Source: Butyrivibrio sp.
GTDB taxonomy: Bacteria; Bacillota; Clostridia; Lachnospirales; Lachnospiraceae
Assembly (NCBI GenBank): GCA_015056565.1
Contig: SVGB01000004.1
Span: 34,875 to 98,874 of the forward strand
Reading direction: 5' to 3'
DNA: 64,000 nucleotides
Positions 28,074-38,138 of the stretch are shown one piece after another. Position 1 is the first letter of the stretch; each line of letters begins with the position of its first letter. The notes below the pieces were generated by a model. It had not been told where the DNA came from. It saw only the letters and a list, made by a program, of their open reading frames with translations, and made no database searches. A program made the position numbers and the translations under genes.

Positions 28074-30164
28074 CTAGAATTCGATTACATTGTCTGACCA
28101 GAACTCTTCATCCGATACTTCAGTGAAACTGTTGTACCTTAAAACATAGCCGGTATTTCTTGACATTGTAAGGCTCAAAACACCGTCACTTACAGTTTTA
28201 CTAGTTACTGTTGTATCAAATCCTGTCTGATCAGAAACAATGAGCTGCCTTATCTTCACATCCCTCGGAATACCAAGAGACCATACCTCTATATCCCTGG
28301 TCACCTCAAAGTTATTGTTATTTATTGCCACGATCACAGCTGCTGTGCGGTTAAATCTGCCATATACTATGATGTTGTTTTCTGCATACAGCTCTTTTAT
28401 CGAGCCCTTTCTAAGCTCAGGGCAGGCGCTGTGAATGCGGATCATTTCCTTGTGGAAAGAGATCATCTGCTTGTCCTCTTCGCCCCAAGGGTATGTGCGC
28501 CTGTTGTCAGGATCTGTAAATCCGCAGACTCCAGCCTCATCTCCATAGTATATTGTTGGTGCGCCAGGCCATGTCATCTGTACCATAACAGCCTGCCTCA
28601 TCTGATATTTCTTTATACCAGTATCAGCTGATCCAGAAACCAGTGTATCGCACCTTCCAACCTTCTGGTTTGTCCTTGTAAGGAACCTTGAGTGGTCGTG
28701 GTTTGAGAGCTCATTCATTGCAGTGTACAGTGATGGCATTGTAAAGTTCTGACCGCCCTGATAGAGCATGGTGTCAAAGAATTCTCTGGCATTTCCTACC
28801 CTAAGGGGCTTAAACTCGTCACTGTGCTTGTCCATTCCTGTCAAAAACCAGGTGAGGGGCTCCATAAAGGCATCATAGTTCATGACTGTGTCCCACTCAT
28901 CTCCCATGAGCCAGTCTTTTGCTGGTCCATAGTGCTCCGCCAGAATTATTGCGTCAGGCTTTGCTTTTTTGACTTCCTGTCTGAACCTTTTCCAGAATTT
29001 GTGGTTATACTCCGGTGAATGTCCCAGGTCCGCAGCAACATCAAGACGCCATCCATCTGCATTGTAGGGCTCAGATACCCACTTTTTACCAATCTGTATT
29101 ATATAGTCCTCAAGCTCTTTTGACCCTTCATAGTTGAGCTTGGGAAGAGTGTCATATCCCCACCAGCCATCATAGCTTCCGTTGTATGGCCATGAGTCAT
29201 TTGAAAAAGAGAAATAGGACCTGTATGGGCTGTCTGCTGAAATGTAAGCGCCCTTTTTGTAATCCTTGACATCTTCGTAGATCCTCTCTCTGTCAAGCCA
29301 CTTGTTAAATGAACCGCAGTGGTTGAAGACACCGTCAAGGATGACTCTCATATCTCTGCTATGCGCTTCTGAAACCAGCTTGGCAAAGAGCTGATCGCTG
29401 GCCTCAAGGTTCTTTTTGCTGGTGACTCTCTTTATGTACCGTTCTGCCCGCTTGTTACTTGTTTCATACTGGGGCAGTATATCTCCTCCATCTTCAACAA
29501 TCTTGCCAAAGTGAGGATCGATATGGTCATAGTCCTGAGTGTCATATTTGTGGGAAGAAGGCGAAACAAAGATAGGATTGAGATAGATAACCTCTACTCC
29601 CAGATCTTTAAGGTAATCAAGCTTGTCAATGACTCCCTGAAGATCTCCACCGTAAAAGTTGGCAAAGTCTCTGCCAGCTTCCGGATCCTTTTTCCAATCC
29701 TCTACATACTTGGAAAGAAATCCGTTATATGAATACTCTCCTGAATAAACATCATTGTTTTTATCGCCGTTATTGAACCTGTCCACAAAGATCTGGTACA
29801 TAACTGCGCCTTTGGCCCAGTCTGGAGTTGAAAAACCAGGGATAACAACAAATTCCATACTGTCCATAAGATTCCCGACAGCTCCTCGCTTGTCGTAGTA
29901 GCAAAAGCTCTCGTCCTTGCCTGTGATCTCAAAGTGGTAAATAAAGGGATCTTTTCCGATGTTTACTGAAATGTCGTAGTAGTCGAAACCGCCCTCGGTC
30001 TCGCTTAGCTTCATCTTCCTTCTTTCGTTTCCGTACACTAAAACCACCTGCGATGCGTCTTTATGGGCACATCTGAATCTGAAGTCCGTGATCCTAAAGG
30101 CGTCCGGCTCCGCGGGACGAAGGTAGTCCAGAGTCATATCATGAAAGAAAGCGTTTGTGTTCAT
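28074..30164 (-). CDS. GH13 neopullulanase/cyclomaltodextrinase-type alpha-glucosidase
   Basis: YQIFVDRF, GGDLQG, DGVFNH, GWRLDVA, AEH, NHD, YYGDE. Confidence 0.92.
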   Translation of the reverse strand: MNTNAFFHDMTLDYLRPAEPDAFRITDFRFRCAHKDASQVVLVYGNERRKMKLSETEGGFDYYDISVNIGKDPFIYHFEITGKDESFCYYDKRGAVGNLMDSMEFVVIPGFSTPDWAKGAVMYQIFVDRFNNGDKNNDVYSGEYSYNGFLSKYVEDWKKDPEAGRDFANFYGGDLQGVIDKLDYLKDLGVEVIYLNPIFVSPSSHKYDTQDYDHIDPHFGKIVEDGGDILPQYETSNKRAERYIKRVTSKKNLEASDQLFAKLVSEAHSRDMRVILDGVFNHCGSFNKWLDRERIYEDVKDYKKGAYISADSPYRSYFSFSNDSWPYNGSYDGWWGYDTLPKLNYEGSKELEDYIIQIGKKWVSEPYNADGWRLDVAADLGHSPEYNHKFWKRFRQEVKKAKPDAIILAEHYGPAKDWLMGDEWDTVMNYDAFMEPLTWFLTGMDKHSDEFKPLRVGNAREFFDTMLYQGGQNFTMPSLYTAMNELSNHDHSRFLTRTNQKVGRCDTLVSGSADTGIKKYQMRQAVMVQMTWPGAPTIYYGDEAGVCGFTDPDNRRTYPWGEEDKQMISFHKEMIRIHSACPELRKGSIKELYAENNIIVYGRFNRTAAVIVAINNNNFEVTRDIEVWSLGIPRDVKIRQLIVSDQTGFDTTVTSKTVSDGVLSLTMSRNTGYVLRYNSFTEVSDEEFWSDNVIEF

Positions 30165-30201
30165 AGATCAGTAATTGTCCTTAGATAAATTTATTAATAG
30201 C

Positions 30202-30328
30202 AAAAAAGACAGCGGGTAAGCTGTCTTTTTAGAGAAGGTATTTCTTTCTTATGGGGTATAGCAAAAAACTATATAATGTATTGGGGGGTTACGCATATTA
30301 TAATAGCAACCCCTCGGCCCCGCGTAAA
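30202..30328 (-). ncRNA. Candidate sRNA or attenuator leader (promoter, C-rich tracts, terminator)
   Basis: TTTACG-N17-TATTAT with extended TG (30328-30300); terminator at 30202-30230. Confidence 0.45.
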
Positions 30329-30386
30329 GACTAATACTTCACAAATTTGTCAAAAACAGCTTGTTGTTTTTGTGAAAATTGCACAA

Positions 30387-32246
30387 TCAAATTGTCACTT
30401 CAACATCTTCTGTAATGGTGTGACCTTCGAAAAGAGCCTCAAACTCTTCTCTTCCAATCTTCTCTTTCTCGATCAGAAGATCAGCACTGGCGTGAAGGAC
30501 ATCCTCGTACTGCAGGATGATCTCTTTTGCCTTGGCATAGCACTTCTCAATAATGGTCTTTACTTCCTTGTCGATCTCACCAGCAACCAGCTCAGAATGC
30601 TTCTTGCTGTGGGAGATATCGTATCCAATAAATACATCCTCTTCGTTGTCGTCATAGCTTACAACGCCGATGCTATCAGACATTCCGTACTTGGTAACCA
30701 TACTTCTGGCTTCCTGGGTAGCTTTTCTGATATCGCTTGATGCGCCTGTCGTTATATCTCCAAAGATTATCTCTTCAGCGATCCTTCCTCCAAGGGATAC
30801 CATGATATCCTGAAGCATCTTGCGCTTTGTGAGGAACATCTCATCCTTTTCAGGAAGTGGCATTGTATAGCCTGCTGCCCCAAGACCTGTAGGAATGATG
30901 GAAATCGTATGAACTGGTCCCACATCCGGAAGAATATGGAAAAGTATCGCATGTCCAGTCTCGTGATAAGCAGTTATCTTCTTTTCTTTATCAGAAATTA
31001 TACGGCTGTGCTTCTCTGTACCGATGCCAACCTGGATAAATGCCTTGTTAATGTCATCCTGCTTGATGAACTGTCTGTCTTCTACAGCTGCATTTATAGC
31101 AGATTCATTTAAGAGGTTCTCAAGATCAGCGCCTGTAAAGCCTGCTGTAGTCTGAGCAACCTGCTTGATATCAACATCATCTGCAAGAGGCTTGTTTCTT
31201 GCATGAACCTTGAGGATCTCTTCTCTTCCGCCAACATCTGGCCTTGAAACAGTGATCTTACGGTCGAAACGACCTGGTCTTAAGATAGCCGGGTCAAGAA
31301 TGTCTACTCTGTTGGTTGCTGCCATAACAATGATGCCTTCGTTTACGCCAAAGCCATCCATCTCAACCAGCATCTGGTTAAGGGTCTGCTCACGTTCATC
31401 ATGTCCACCGCCCATACCAGTTCCGCGCCTTCTTGCCACAGCGTCGATCTCGTCGATAAATACGATACATGGAGAGTTCTTTTTTGCCTCCGCAAAGAGG
31501 TCTCTTACTCTGGAAGCTCCCACGCCCACAAACATTTCAACAAAGTCCGAACCTGAAATACTAAAGAATGGTACTCCTGCTTCCCCGGCAACAGCCCTTG
31601 CGAGAAGAGTCTTACCAGTACCAGGCGCGCCCTCAAGAAGAACTCCCTTAGGGATCCTTGCACCAACTTTCGTGAATTTCTCTGGGTTTTTGAGGAACTC
31701 TATGATCTCTGACAGCTGCTCTTTTTCTTCTTTGAGACCAGCCACATCGTTAAGTGTTATCTTATTGTCCTCTCCAGTTGACATCTTGGCTCTGCTCTTG
31801 CCAAAATTCATCATCCTGCTGTTTCCGGAATTGGCATTCTGAGCACCAGAAAACATGGAGAACACAAATACCATGACCACAAGCCCAACAATTATTGGAA
31901 TAATGCCATTTATCAGAACGTTCTCAGTTGGAACATCCTTAACTTCTACATTTACTCCATTAGAAACAAGATATGTCTCGATAGCAGCCACATCTGTGGA
32001 ATAGAACACCACATCATCGCTTCCGTCACTGAAGCTCACCTTCACAGATCCTGTGGGCGTTTCAGCGTTGGGCATGATCTCAACATATCTTACTCTCTGG
32101 GATGCAACATCGCTCTCAAGAGAGCTTCTTGAATAAAGAGTATCCCTGCTGTTTACAAGACCTCTTCCATATTCAAGGAGCACCACTGCAAGGAGCAGCA
32201 CAATAACAAATATAAAAATAGAATTATAGTTTCTAGAACGGTTCAC
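30387..32246 (-). CDS. ftsH: ATP-dependent zinc metalloprotease FtsH
   Basis: Two TMs, [26 protein letters not shown]. Confidence 0.97.
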   Translation of the reverse strand: MNRSRNYNSIFIFVIVLLLAVVLLEYGRGLVNSRDTLYSRSSLESDVASQRVRYVEIMPNAETPTGSVKVSFSDGSDDVVFYSTDVAAIETYLVSNGVNVEVKDVPTENVLINGIIPIIVGLVVMVFVFSMFSGAQNANSGNSRMMNFGKSRAKMSTGEDNKITLNDVAGLKEEKEQLSEIIEFLKNPEKFTKVGARIPKGVLLEGAPGTGKTLLARAVAGEAGVPFFSISGSDFVEMFVGVGASRVRDLFAEAKKNSPCIVFIDEIDAVARRRGTGMGGGHDEREQTLNQMLVEMDGFGVNEGIIVMAATNRVDILDPAILRPGRFDRKITVSRPDVGGREEILKVHARNKPLADDVDIKQVAQTTAGFTGADLENLLNESAINAAVEDRQFIKQDDINKAFIQVGIGTEKHSRIISDKEKKITAYHETGHAILFHILPDVGPVHTISIIPTGLGAAGYTMPLPEKDEMFLTKRKMLQDIMVSLGGRIAEEIIFGDITTGASSDIRKATQEARSMVTKYGMSDSIGVVSYDDNEEDVFIGYDISHSKKHSELVAGEIDKEVKTIIEKCYAKAKEIILQYEDVLHASADLLIEKEKIGREEFEALFEGHTITEDVEVTI

Positions 32247-32283
32247 TTATGTGTAATCCCCCTTCACAATACTTTCCAGGATA

Positions 32284-32808
32284 TCAGTTAAACTCCACTA
32301 CCCCAATATATGGAAGATTACGATATCTCTGATCATAGTCAAGACCATAACCCACCACAAACTCATCGGGGATCTCAAATCCAGTGTAGTCAACCTTGAC
32401 GTCTGTAACTCTTCTCTCAGGCTTGTCAAGCATAGTGCAGAGCTTGATGCTTGCAGGACCTCTGTCGCCCAGCATCTTGATAAGGTATGAGAGAGTTCTT
32501 CCAGAGTCTACAATATCCTCAACGATGATGACATTCTTGTCCTTTAAAGGTTCATCCAGATCCTTGACGATCTTAACAACTCCGCTGGACTTGGTTGCGC
32601 TTCCATAGCTGGATGCTGACATAAAATCCATAGTCACAGGAACAGTGATGCGCTTTGCAAGCTCACACATGAAGAACACGCCGCCCTTAAGGACACATAC
32701 CAGATGAACGGTCTTGCCAGCATAATCCTTGCTGATCTGATCCCCAAGTTCCTTGATCCTTTTGTCAACTTCTTCTTCTGAAAGTAGTATACGTACTGAT
32801 TCAGCCAT
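32284..32808 (-). CDS. hpt: Hypoxanthine phosphoribosyltransferase
   Basis: VEDIVDSGRTL, FVVGYGLD; tilS-hpt-ftsH synteny. Confidence 0.96.
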   Translation of the reverse strand: MAESVRILLSEEEVDKRIKELGDQISKDYAGKTVHLVCVLKGGVFFMCELAKRITVPVTMDFMSASSYGSATKSSGVVKIVKDLDEPLKDKNVIIVEDIVDSGRTLSYLIKMLGDRGPASIKLCTMLDKPERRVTDVKVDYTGFEIPDEFVVGYGLDYDQRYRNLPYIGVVEFN

Positions 32809-34216
32809 TACTCATTCCTCCATCATCGATTTTAATCTCTAAAATATATCTGGTAGCTTCACTGACCTTGCAGGAAGCACTAATACGGTAACCCGGCACC
32901 CATAAAACATTGTTGCCATCAGCAACTATCACCATCTCATCCCTCTTGTCTTTTGGGATCTTTTCATCCGTCATGAACTTTGACAAGAGCTTCTGGTGGA
33001 TAGCATCACCCTGGCTGATACTTATCTTGTCGTCTCCCCTTCTCGTCCTAAAGGAAACTTCTTGTATTCTATCATAATCGAACCATTTAGTATATGTCCA
33101 AGTGGGAACCTCTTTCTGTTTATCATAGGAAAAAACTGACAATGTAACCCTTCCGAGTTCTGGAATCACAATTTGAGTTTCCTCTCCAACTGAAGGTTTA
33201 ACAGTGACAGTTTCTATGTCCTTCGTCTGGTTTCCTTTTTGGGAAATTTCAAGCCTGCCATAAGTTCTTTTGGCACATAGTCCGTAAGGCAGATCCACCG
33301 ATGCCTGTCCATCTTCTGACTTCAAAAGATCAAGCACCTCTTCCACGTGGACTGCTCCAATGTCCTTGCGATTTTTTACCAGCGTTTCAAACATCAAAAG
33401 AACTATGTTCTCCCGGATTATCTCTTTTTCAAGAAGGATATCCCTGGTATCCACACAGACACTACCATCCTTGCTTGTTACGATCCTGTCGAAGGCATTC
33501 CCTGCAACCTCTCTGATATACTCGTCTGCCTTGTCAAAAGAGGCTGCAGCTGCGCATAAATGCTGGATTGTCCTGTCATTTACGTTCTTTTCCAGTTCCG
33601 GAAGTATCTCATTTCTTAAGAAGTTCCTTGTGTGGATGCTCTCAAGATTGGTCTTGTCAGTGCAAAAAGAAATCCCGCTCTCCTTAAGATACTCCTCTAC
33701 CTCAGCTCTTGTGACGCAAAGAAGCGGTCTGACAATATTATCCCTCACAGGCCTTATGGCTGCGCCGCCGTGAAGCCCCGATCCCCGAAGGAGGTTCATA
33801 AGAAGAGTCTCAGCAACGTCGTTCTGGTGGTGAGCAACTGCAATATGGCTCGCAGAAATCTCTTTTACAAAGGAGGAAAAGGCCTCATATCTGGCTATGC
33901 GCCCAGCTTCTTCCTCTGTAAGCGACTTTTCTTTTGCCATAAGGGGAATGTCCACAGACCTGCTGACAAAAGAAATACCTCTCTCCTTACAAAAAGACCT
34001 GCAAAAGTCCTCATCTTCTCCAGCTTCACTGCGAATAAGGTGGTTGATATGAATAGCGAAAAGCTCGATCTTCAAAAGAGGCTGTAGCTTTTCCAGAACC
34101 GTCAAAAGAGCTGTGGAGTCACCTCCACCTGAAAAGCCGACAACTACCCTTGCGCCTTCAGGAAACATCCCGTTTTTCTGTATGTAGTTAAGTACTTTAT
34201 TTGAAAATTTATCCAT
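32801..34216 (-). CDS. tilS: tRNA(Ile)-lysidine synthetase
   Basis: SGGGDS PP-loop, AHHQND, RPLL, RNFLR; start taken at MDKF. Confidence 0.95.
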   Translation of the reverse strand: MDKFSNKVLNYIQKNGMFPEGARVVVGFSGGGDSTALLTVLEKLQPLLKIELFAIHINHLIRSEAGEDEDFCRSFCKERGISFVSRSVDIPLMAKEKSLTEEEAGRIARYEAFSSFVKEISASHIAVAHHQNDVAETLLMNLLRGSGLHGGAAIRPVRDNIVRPLLCVTRAEVEEYLKESGISFCTDKTNLESIHTRNFLRNEILPELEKNVNDRTIQHLCAAAASFDKADEYIREVAGNAFDRIVTSKDGSVCVDTRDILLEKEIIRENIVLLMFETLVKNRKDIGAVHVEEVLDLLKSEDGQASVDLPYGLCAKRTYGRLEISQKGNQTKDIETVTVKPSVGEETQIVIPELGRVTLSVFSYDKQKEVPTWTYTKWFDYDRIQEVSFRTRRGDDKISISQGDAIHQKLLSKFMTDEKIPKDKRDEMVIVADGNNVLWVPGYRISASCKVSEATRYILEIKIDDGGMSNG

Positions 34217-34284
34217 ATCAGCATGTAAAAAGCGCAGACTAATACGTCCCCGTATCGATGTCTGCGCCAAGTGTCAAAAACATT

Positions 34285-34596
34285 TCAGTTATCCGAGTTC
34301 TTGAAGATGATCTCCCCCGGATAAACCAGTCCCAGCTTCTCTTTAGCTGTGTCCTCTATGTATTTACGCGTCTCTGTGTACCTCTCGTACTCAGCTATCT
34401 CGTCGCTTCTTTGAGTCTCGTACTCAATCTGCTCCTCAAGAGCCTGTTCCCTGGCCTGGTACTCTCTGGCCTTCTGAAGAAGTCCTATACTCTTGATGGA
34501 AACTACAGTCACAAGAATCAGAACTACTATGCTGGCCCAGACAATTCCTGCCCGGTTCTGGAAGCGACGCCTTTTATAACGTGCTCTGGTCGCCAT
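34285..34596 (-). CDS. divIC: Septum formation initiator, DivIC/FtsB family
   Basis: Basic N-terminus, single TM, coiled coil, AKEKLGLVYPGEIIF. Confidence 0.85.
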   Translation of the reverse strand: MATRARYKRRRFQNRAGIVWASIVVLILVTVVSIKSIGLLQKAREYQAREQALEEQIEYETQRSDEIAEYERYTETRKYIEDTAKEKLGLVYPGEIIFKNSDN

Positions 34597-34662
34597 GTTA
34601 TACCCCACTCACAATCCTTTATCTGTTAATTTCATTGTAATACAGTGATTTTGGCGCGTCAA

Positions 34663-34902
34663 TCAGATGTACTTGTAGAGATTTGTTACATCTTCCTTGT
34701 GTATGGTCTCCTGAACATCCAAAACTTCTACAGATACGTCCTTGTTACCAAAGCCAATGGTGATCTTGTCCCCCACCTTGACCTCTGCTGAAGCCTTGGC
34801 AGGGCGGCCATTGATCTGAACTCTTCCTGCATCGCAGGCCTCATTGGCCACAGTTCTTCTTTTTATCAATCTTGTTACCTTTAAATACTTATCCAGTCTC
34901 AT
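34663..34902 (-). CDS. yabO: S4-domain RNA-binding protein (YabO/RqcP, Hsp15-like)
   Basis: MRLDKYLKVTRLIKRRTVANEACDAGRV. Confidence 0.92.
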   Translation of the reverse strand: MRLDKYLKVTRLIKRRTVANEACDAGRVQINGRPAKASAEVKVGDKITIGFGNKDVSVEVLDVQETIHKEDVTNLYKYI

Positions 34903-34906
34903 TTAT

Positions 34907-36676
34907 CTAGTCTCCTGATGCGCTGGCGGTGCTTGCTGCATCACCTGCTTCTTCTTTCTTTGAATTTCCCTGGGTACTGCTATCTTCCCCGCCCTCTGAA
35001 GTGCTCGTTGCTGCCTCAGAGCTCTCTTCCACTGATGCGTCTTCAGATGGTTCTGTGGATTCCCCGGTCGAAGCCTCAGCTGGACTGGAATCTCCCTCCT
35101 TCGACGTATCCTCTGCCGTTGAAGAATCTACAGCAGAATCGTCTCCAGAAGCCGAATCACCCGTGGATCCTGAATCCGATGAGGAGGAATCATCGGAACT
35201 TGCCGATGAAGCTGCAGAGGATGAGGAACCAGAAGAGCTCTCCTCATCGTCACTCTTTATCTTAACAAGATCAGGGAATGTGTAGTTTAAGTCCACCTCA
35301 TCCTTGTCGATGCTGATCCTGTAGCTCTTAGTCTCGTACCCGTCCATCTTAAGGATAACCTCGTGAGTTCCGGAAATCTTCGGAACATGGGTAGGTATCA
35401 TTCCTATATATGCCCCATCAAAATACAGCTCAGCGGCATAAGGCTTGTCGAAATAAATGTAATAGCCGTTTATTACCTTATTCCCTGGCTTTTCATCTGA
35501 TGAATTGTCACTAATTGTAGCTGCTGTAGTTGCTGCAGATGCAGACGTCACAGATGAGCTGGTGAGGCTGTTATCAACGCTGCTCTTTAATGAAGCACTA
35601 TTTGTACTGGTAGCATCAAAAGAGCTTGCTTCTGAGGAACTGTCTGATGAAGAGTCATCATCTTTTTCCATCTCCAGTGATATCACTGAATTGGGCGTTC
35701 CAATCTTTAAGTATTTGTTCTGAGTCTTGTACCCATCAGCTATTATCTTAAGATTGTGATAACCATATTTTATGGACTGGGGAACTCCCGTAAGGACCTT
35801 TTCTCCATCCACAAACACCTCTGCGGTGTCAGGGATGATCTCAAAGGTAACCAGTCCCTCTTTTGGCTTGGTTATATTGACGTTACTTGTATCAACTACT
35901 GTTTCCTGGTTTCTTGAAACATTTACCTCAGAAGTGTAGCTTGCTCCATTTCCCAGGATCTGCAGTGTGTAATCTCCTTCAGGTGCACTAAGGAGCATGT
36001 TTGGCGATATCTTGTAGATAACCTCGTTGTCAAGCTCGATCCAGGAGCCCACAAGGCTGTGATCCTCCACTGTATCTGAAGAAAGGCTCACATATCCGTG
36101 GCCACTGGTCACAACTACGCTATAAATATCCTTGCCAATACCGCTTACTGTGACCTTGTCTGTGGAAAGAACGTCCTCAGCAAGAGCGATATTGCCATCT
36201 GCCATGACAAGAGTCTTGGGGTCTATCTTGTAAAGCTCGCCTTTTACCTTGGCTGTTCCATCTCCCCTTACAAGCTCGTGTTCCCTTGTATCCTCTACTG
36301 TCCAGGCCTCAGATGATACGTTTAAAGATGTGATGTGCTTGCTGCTCTTTAAGAACTTCACATCAACTATCTGCCCCACCTCCAAAAGTGCCGCAGAAAG
36401 AGCTGTTCCTCTCACATCATAGATCATGCTGGTATTGTCATAGGACAGGGTATAGGTCTTGCCTGTCTTGTGATTTCTGAATCTGATCTGCTTTTTTACT
36501 GTATCGATGTCCCTTATGGCCGCTGTATCAAAAGAGTCATACTTACCTATAAGGGATACACTGACTTTGTCTGCATTTTCAGCCGCGTAGGTTATGCTCT
36601 GTGGTGATGACAGGAGCATCGCCGCAACAAGCACGCTCGAAACTGTTATTTTCAAAGCCTTTCTAGTTCTAAACAC
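34907..36676 (-). CDS. Secreted PEGA-domain protein with Ser/Asp/Glu-rich disordered regions
   Basis: Signal-like N-terminus; P-AEVFVDG and AELYFDG-G-HEV-GY PEGA patterns; GTG start with GGAGG. Confidence 0.7.
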   Translation of the reverse strand: MFRTRKALKITVSSVLVAAMLLSSPQSITYAAENADKVSVSLIGKYDSFDTAAIRDIDTVKKQIRFRNHKTGKTYTLSYDNTSMIYDVRGTALSAALLEVGQIVDVKFLKSSKHITSLNVSSEAWTVEDTREHELVRGDGTAKVKGELYKIDPKTLVMADGNIALAEDVLSTDKVTVSGIGKDIYSVVVTSGHGYVSLSSDTVEDHSLVGSWIELDNEVIYKISPNMLLSAPEGDYTLQILGNGASYTSEVNVSRNQETVVDTSNVNITKPKEGLVTFEIIPDTAEVFVDGEKVLTGVPQSIKYGYHNLKIIADGYKTQNKYLKIGTPNSVISLEMEKDDDSSSDSSSEASSFDATSTNSASLKSSVDNSLTSSSVTSASAATTAATISDNSSDEKPGNKVINGYYIYFDKPYAAELYFDGAYIGMIPTHVPKISGTHEVILKMDGYETKSYRISIDKDEVDLNYTFPDLVKIKSDDEESSSGSSSSAASSASSDDSSSSDSGSTGDSASGDDSAVDSSTAEDTSKEGDSSPAEASTGESTEPSEDASVEESSEAATSTSEGGEDSSTQGNSKKEEAGDAASTASASGD

Positions 36677-36688
36677 CGTATCCTCCAA

Positions 36689-38038
36689 TCAAGTCTGATC
36701 CGTCATGTACTTCTTTCTTAGGCGCTCCGGCTCTAGCAAATAATCTTTGGTATTTCTGGCAGGATCCTCAAGCACATCCTCCAGCATTGCCTTTAATATA
36801 TCCCCCATCTGCTTTGAGGGTTTAATTCCCAATGATATAAGGTCTTTTCCGTTAACTGCAAGGTTCTTTAAGCTGACACAGTCATTTCTATCAACTATCT
36901 CCTGATAAACCTGCCTTGTCTGCTCAATGAGATCAAGCTTTTCCTGTCTCATGTATGTGCTCTGAGCCATGGTGTCCGCATATCTTATCTCAAACAAAAG
37001 CGGGAAGTCCTCCTCGCCCACTCTGTTTATGGCTCTTCTGATGACAGCCGGGCTTGGCTCATACCTGTCGTCGTGATATTTTACCAGGTTGCTGACCCTG
37101 TCCATGGTATCCCTGTCAAACTTAAGGCGCTTTAATATGTCTTTTGCCATATTGCTGCCAAGGGCTGCATGGCCCTTAAAGTGGGAAATGCCTTCCTCAT
37201 CTATCTTCATTGTAGCAGGTTTACCAAAGTCATGCATCAGCATGGTCAGGCGCAGCAGTTTGTCTTTTCTTACATTGGTAAGAGCCACGATGGTGTGCAT
37301 ACCTACATTGTACATGTGATGGATGTTGTTCTGATCTGTCTCCATGCACCTGTCAAATTCAGGAAGAACGACTGCTGTGATCCCAAGCTCATACAAAAGC
37401 TCCATCTTTTCCGGATGATCAGATGTAAGGAGCTTCACAAGCTCAGTCTGTATCCTCTCAGCACTTATCTTTTTTAGAGTAGGAGCAAGCTCTTTTATAG
37501 CTGCTACGGTTTTTTCCTCTATGTCATAGTCAAGCTGCGCAGCGAAACGTACTGCTCTCATTATCCTTAAAGCATCCTCAGAAAACCTCTCCTTAGGCTC
37601 CCCCACACAGCGTATTATGTGATCATTAAGGTCTTCTATTCCACCAAACTTATCAACCAGGCCTTCTTCCTCATTGTAAGCCATGGCATTTATGGTAAAG
37701 TCCCTGCGCTTCATATCCTCAACCAGATTCCTGGTAAAGGTAACTTCACTTGGGTGACGGCTGTCCTCGTATTTGCCATCAATGCGGTAGGTGGTTACTT
37801 CGTAGCCCTCTTTGCCAGCCATTACAGTGACGGTTCCATGCTCTATTCCAGTATCAATAGTTCTCCGAAACAGCTCTTTTACCTGAGCTGGAAGGGCGTT
37901 GGTAGTGATGTCCCAGTCCGATGGTTCTTTTCCCAGGATCGCATCCCTTACACATCCGCCGACAATATATGCCTCATACCCTGCCTGGTGCATGGTATCC
38001 AGTATCATCTTTGCATTCTTTGGTATTTCTATCTTCAT
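36689..38038 (-). CDS. cca: CCA tRNA nucleotidyltransferase with HD domain
   Basis: VGGCVRD, DWDITT, RRDFTINA, EDALRIMR, SAERI, HD. Confidence 0.95.
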   Translation of the reverse strand: MKIEIPKNAKMILDTMHQAGYEAYIVGGCVRDAILGKEPSDWDITTNALPAQVKELFRRTIDTGIEHGTVTVMAGKEGYEVTTYRIDGKYEDSRHPSEVTFTRNLVEDMKRRDFTINAMAYNEEEGLVDKFGGIEDLNDHIIRCVGEPKERFSEDALRIMRAVRFAAQLDYDIEEKTVAAIKELAPTLKKISAERIQTELVKLLTSDHPEKMELLYELGITAVVLPEFDRCMETDQNNIHHMYNVGMHTIVALTNVRKDKLLRLTMLMHDFGKPATMKIDEEGISHFKGHAALGSNMAKDILKRLKFDRDTMDRVSNLVKYHDDRYEPSPAVIRRAINRVGEEDFPLLFEIRYADTMAQSTYMRQEKLDLIEQTRQVYQEIVDRNDCVSLKNLAVNGKDLISLGIKPSKQMGDILKAMLEDVLEDPARNTKDYLLEPERLRKKYMTDQT

Positions 38039-38138
38039 ACCTTCATAATAGCCTAAAGACCTAGATTTGTGAATAATTGACTAGGAATTTTATTGTTATG
38101 GTAATATACTTAATATATGTAATCATGAGGAATAATTT

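Noticed and set aside
31210-31842. Long antisense ORFs, e.g. opposite ftsH, ltaE, the kinase, nrdD and 49383-49835
   Set aside because: Shadows of well-supported genes, with no motifs or RBS
34907-35670. Ser/Asp/Glu-rich low-complexity DNA as a repeat element
   Set aside because: Coding linker and tail of the PEGA protein; no discrete repeat unit
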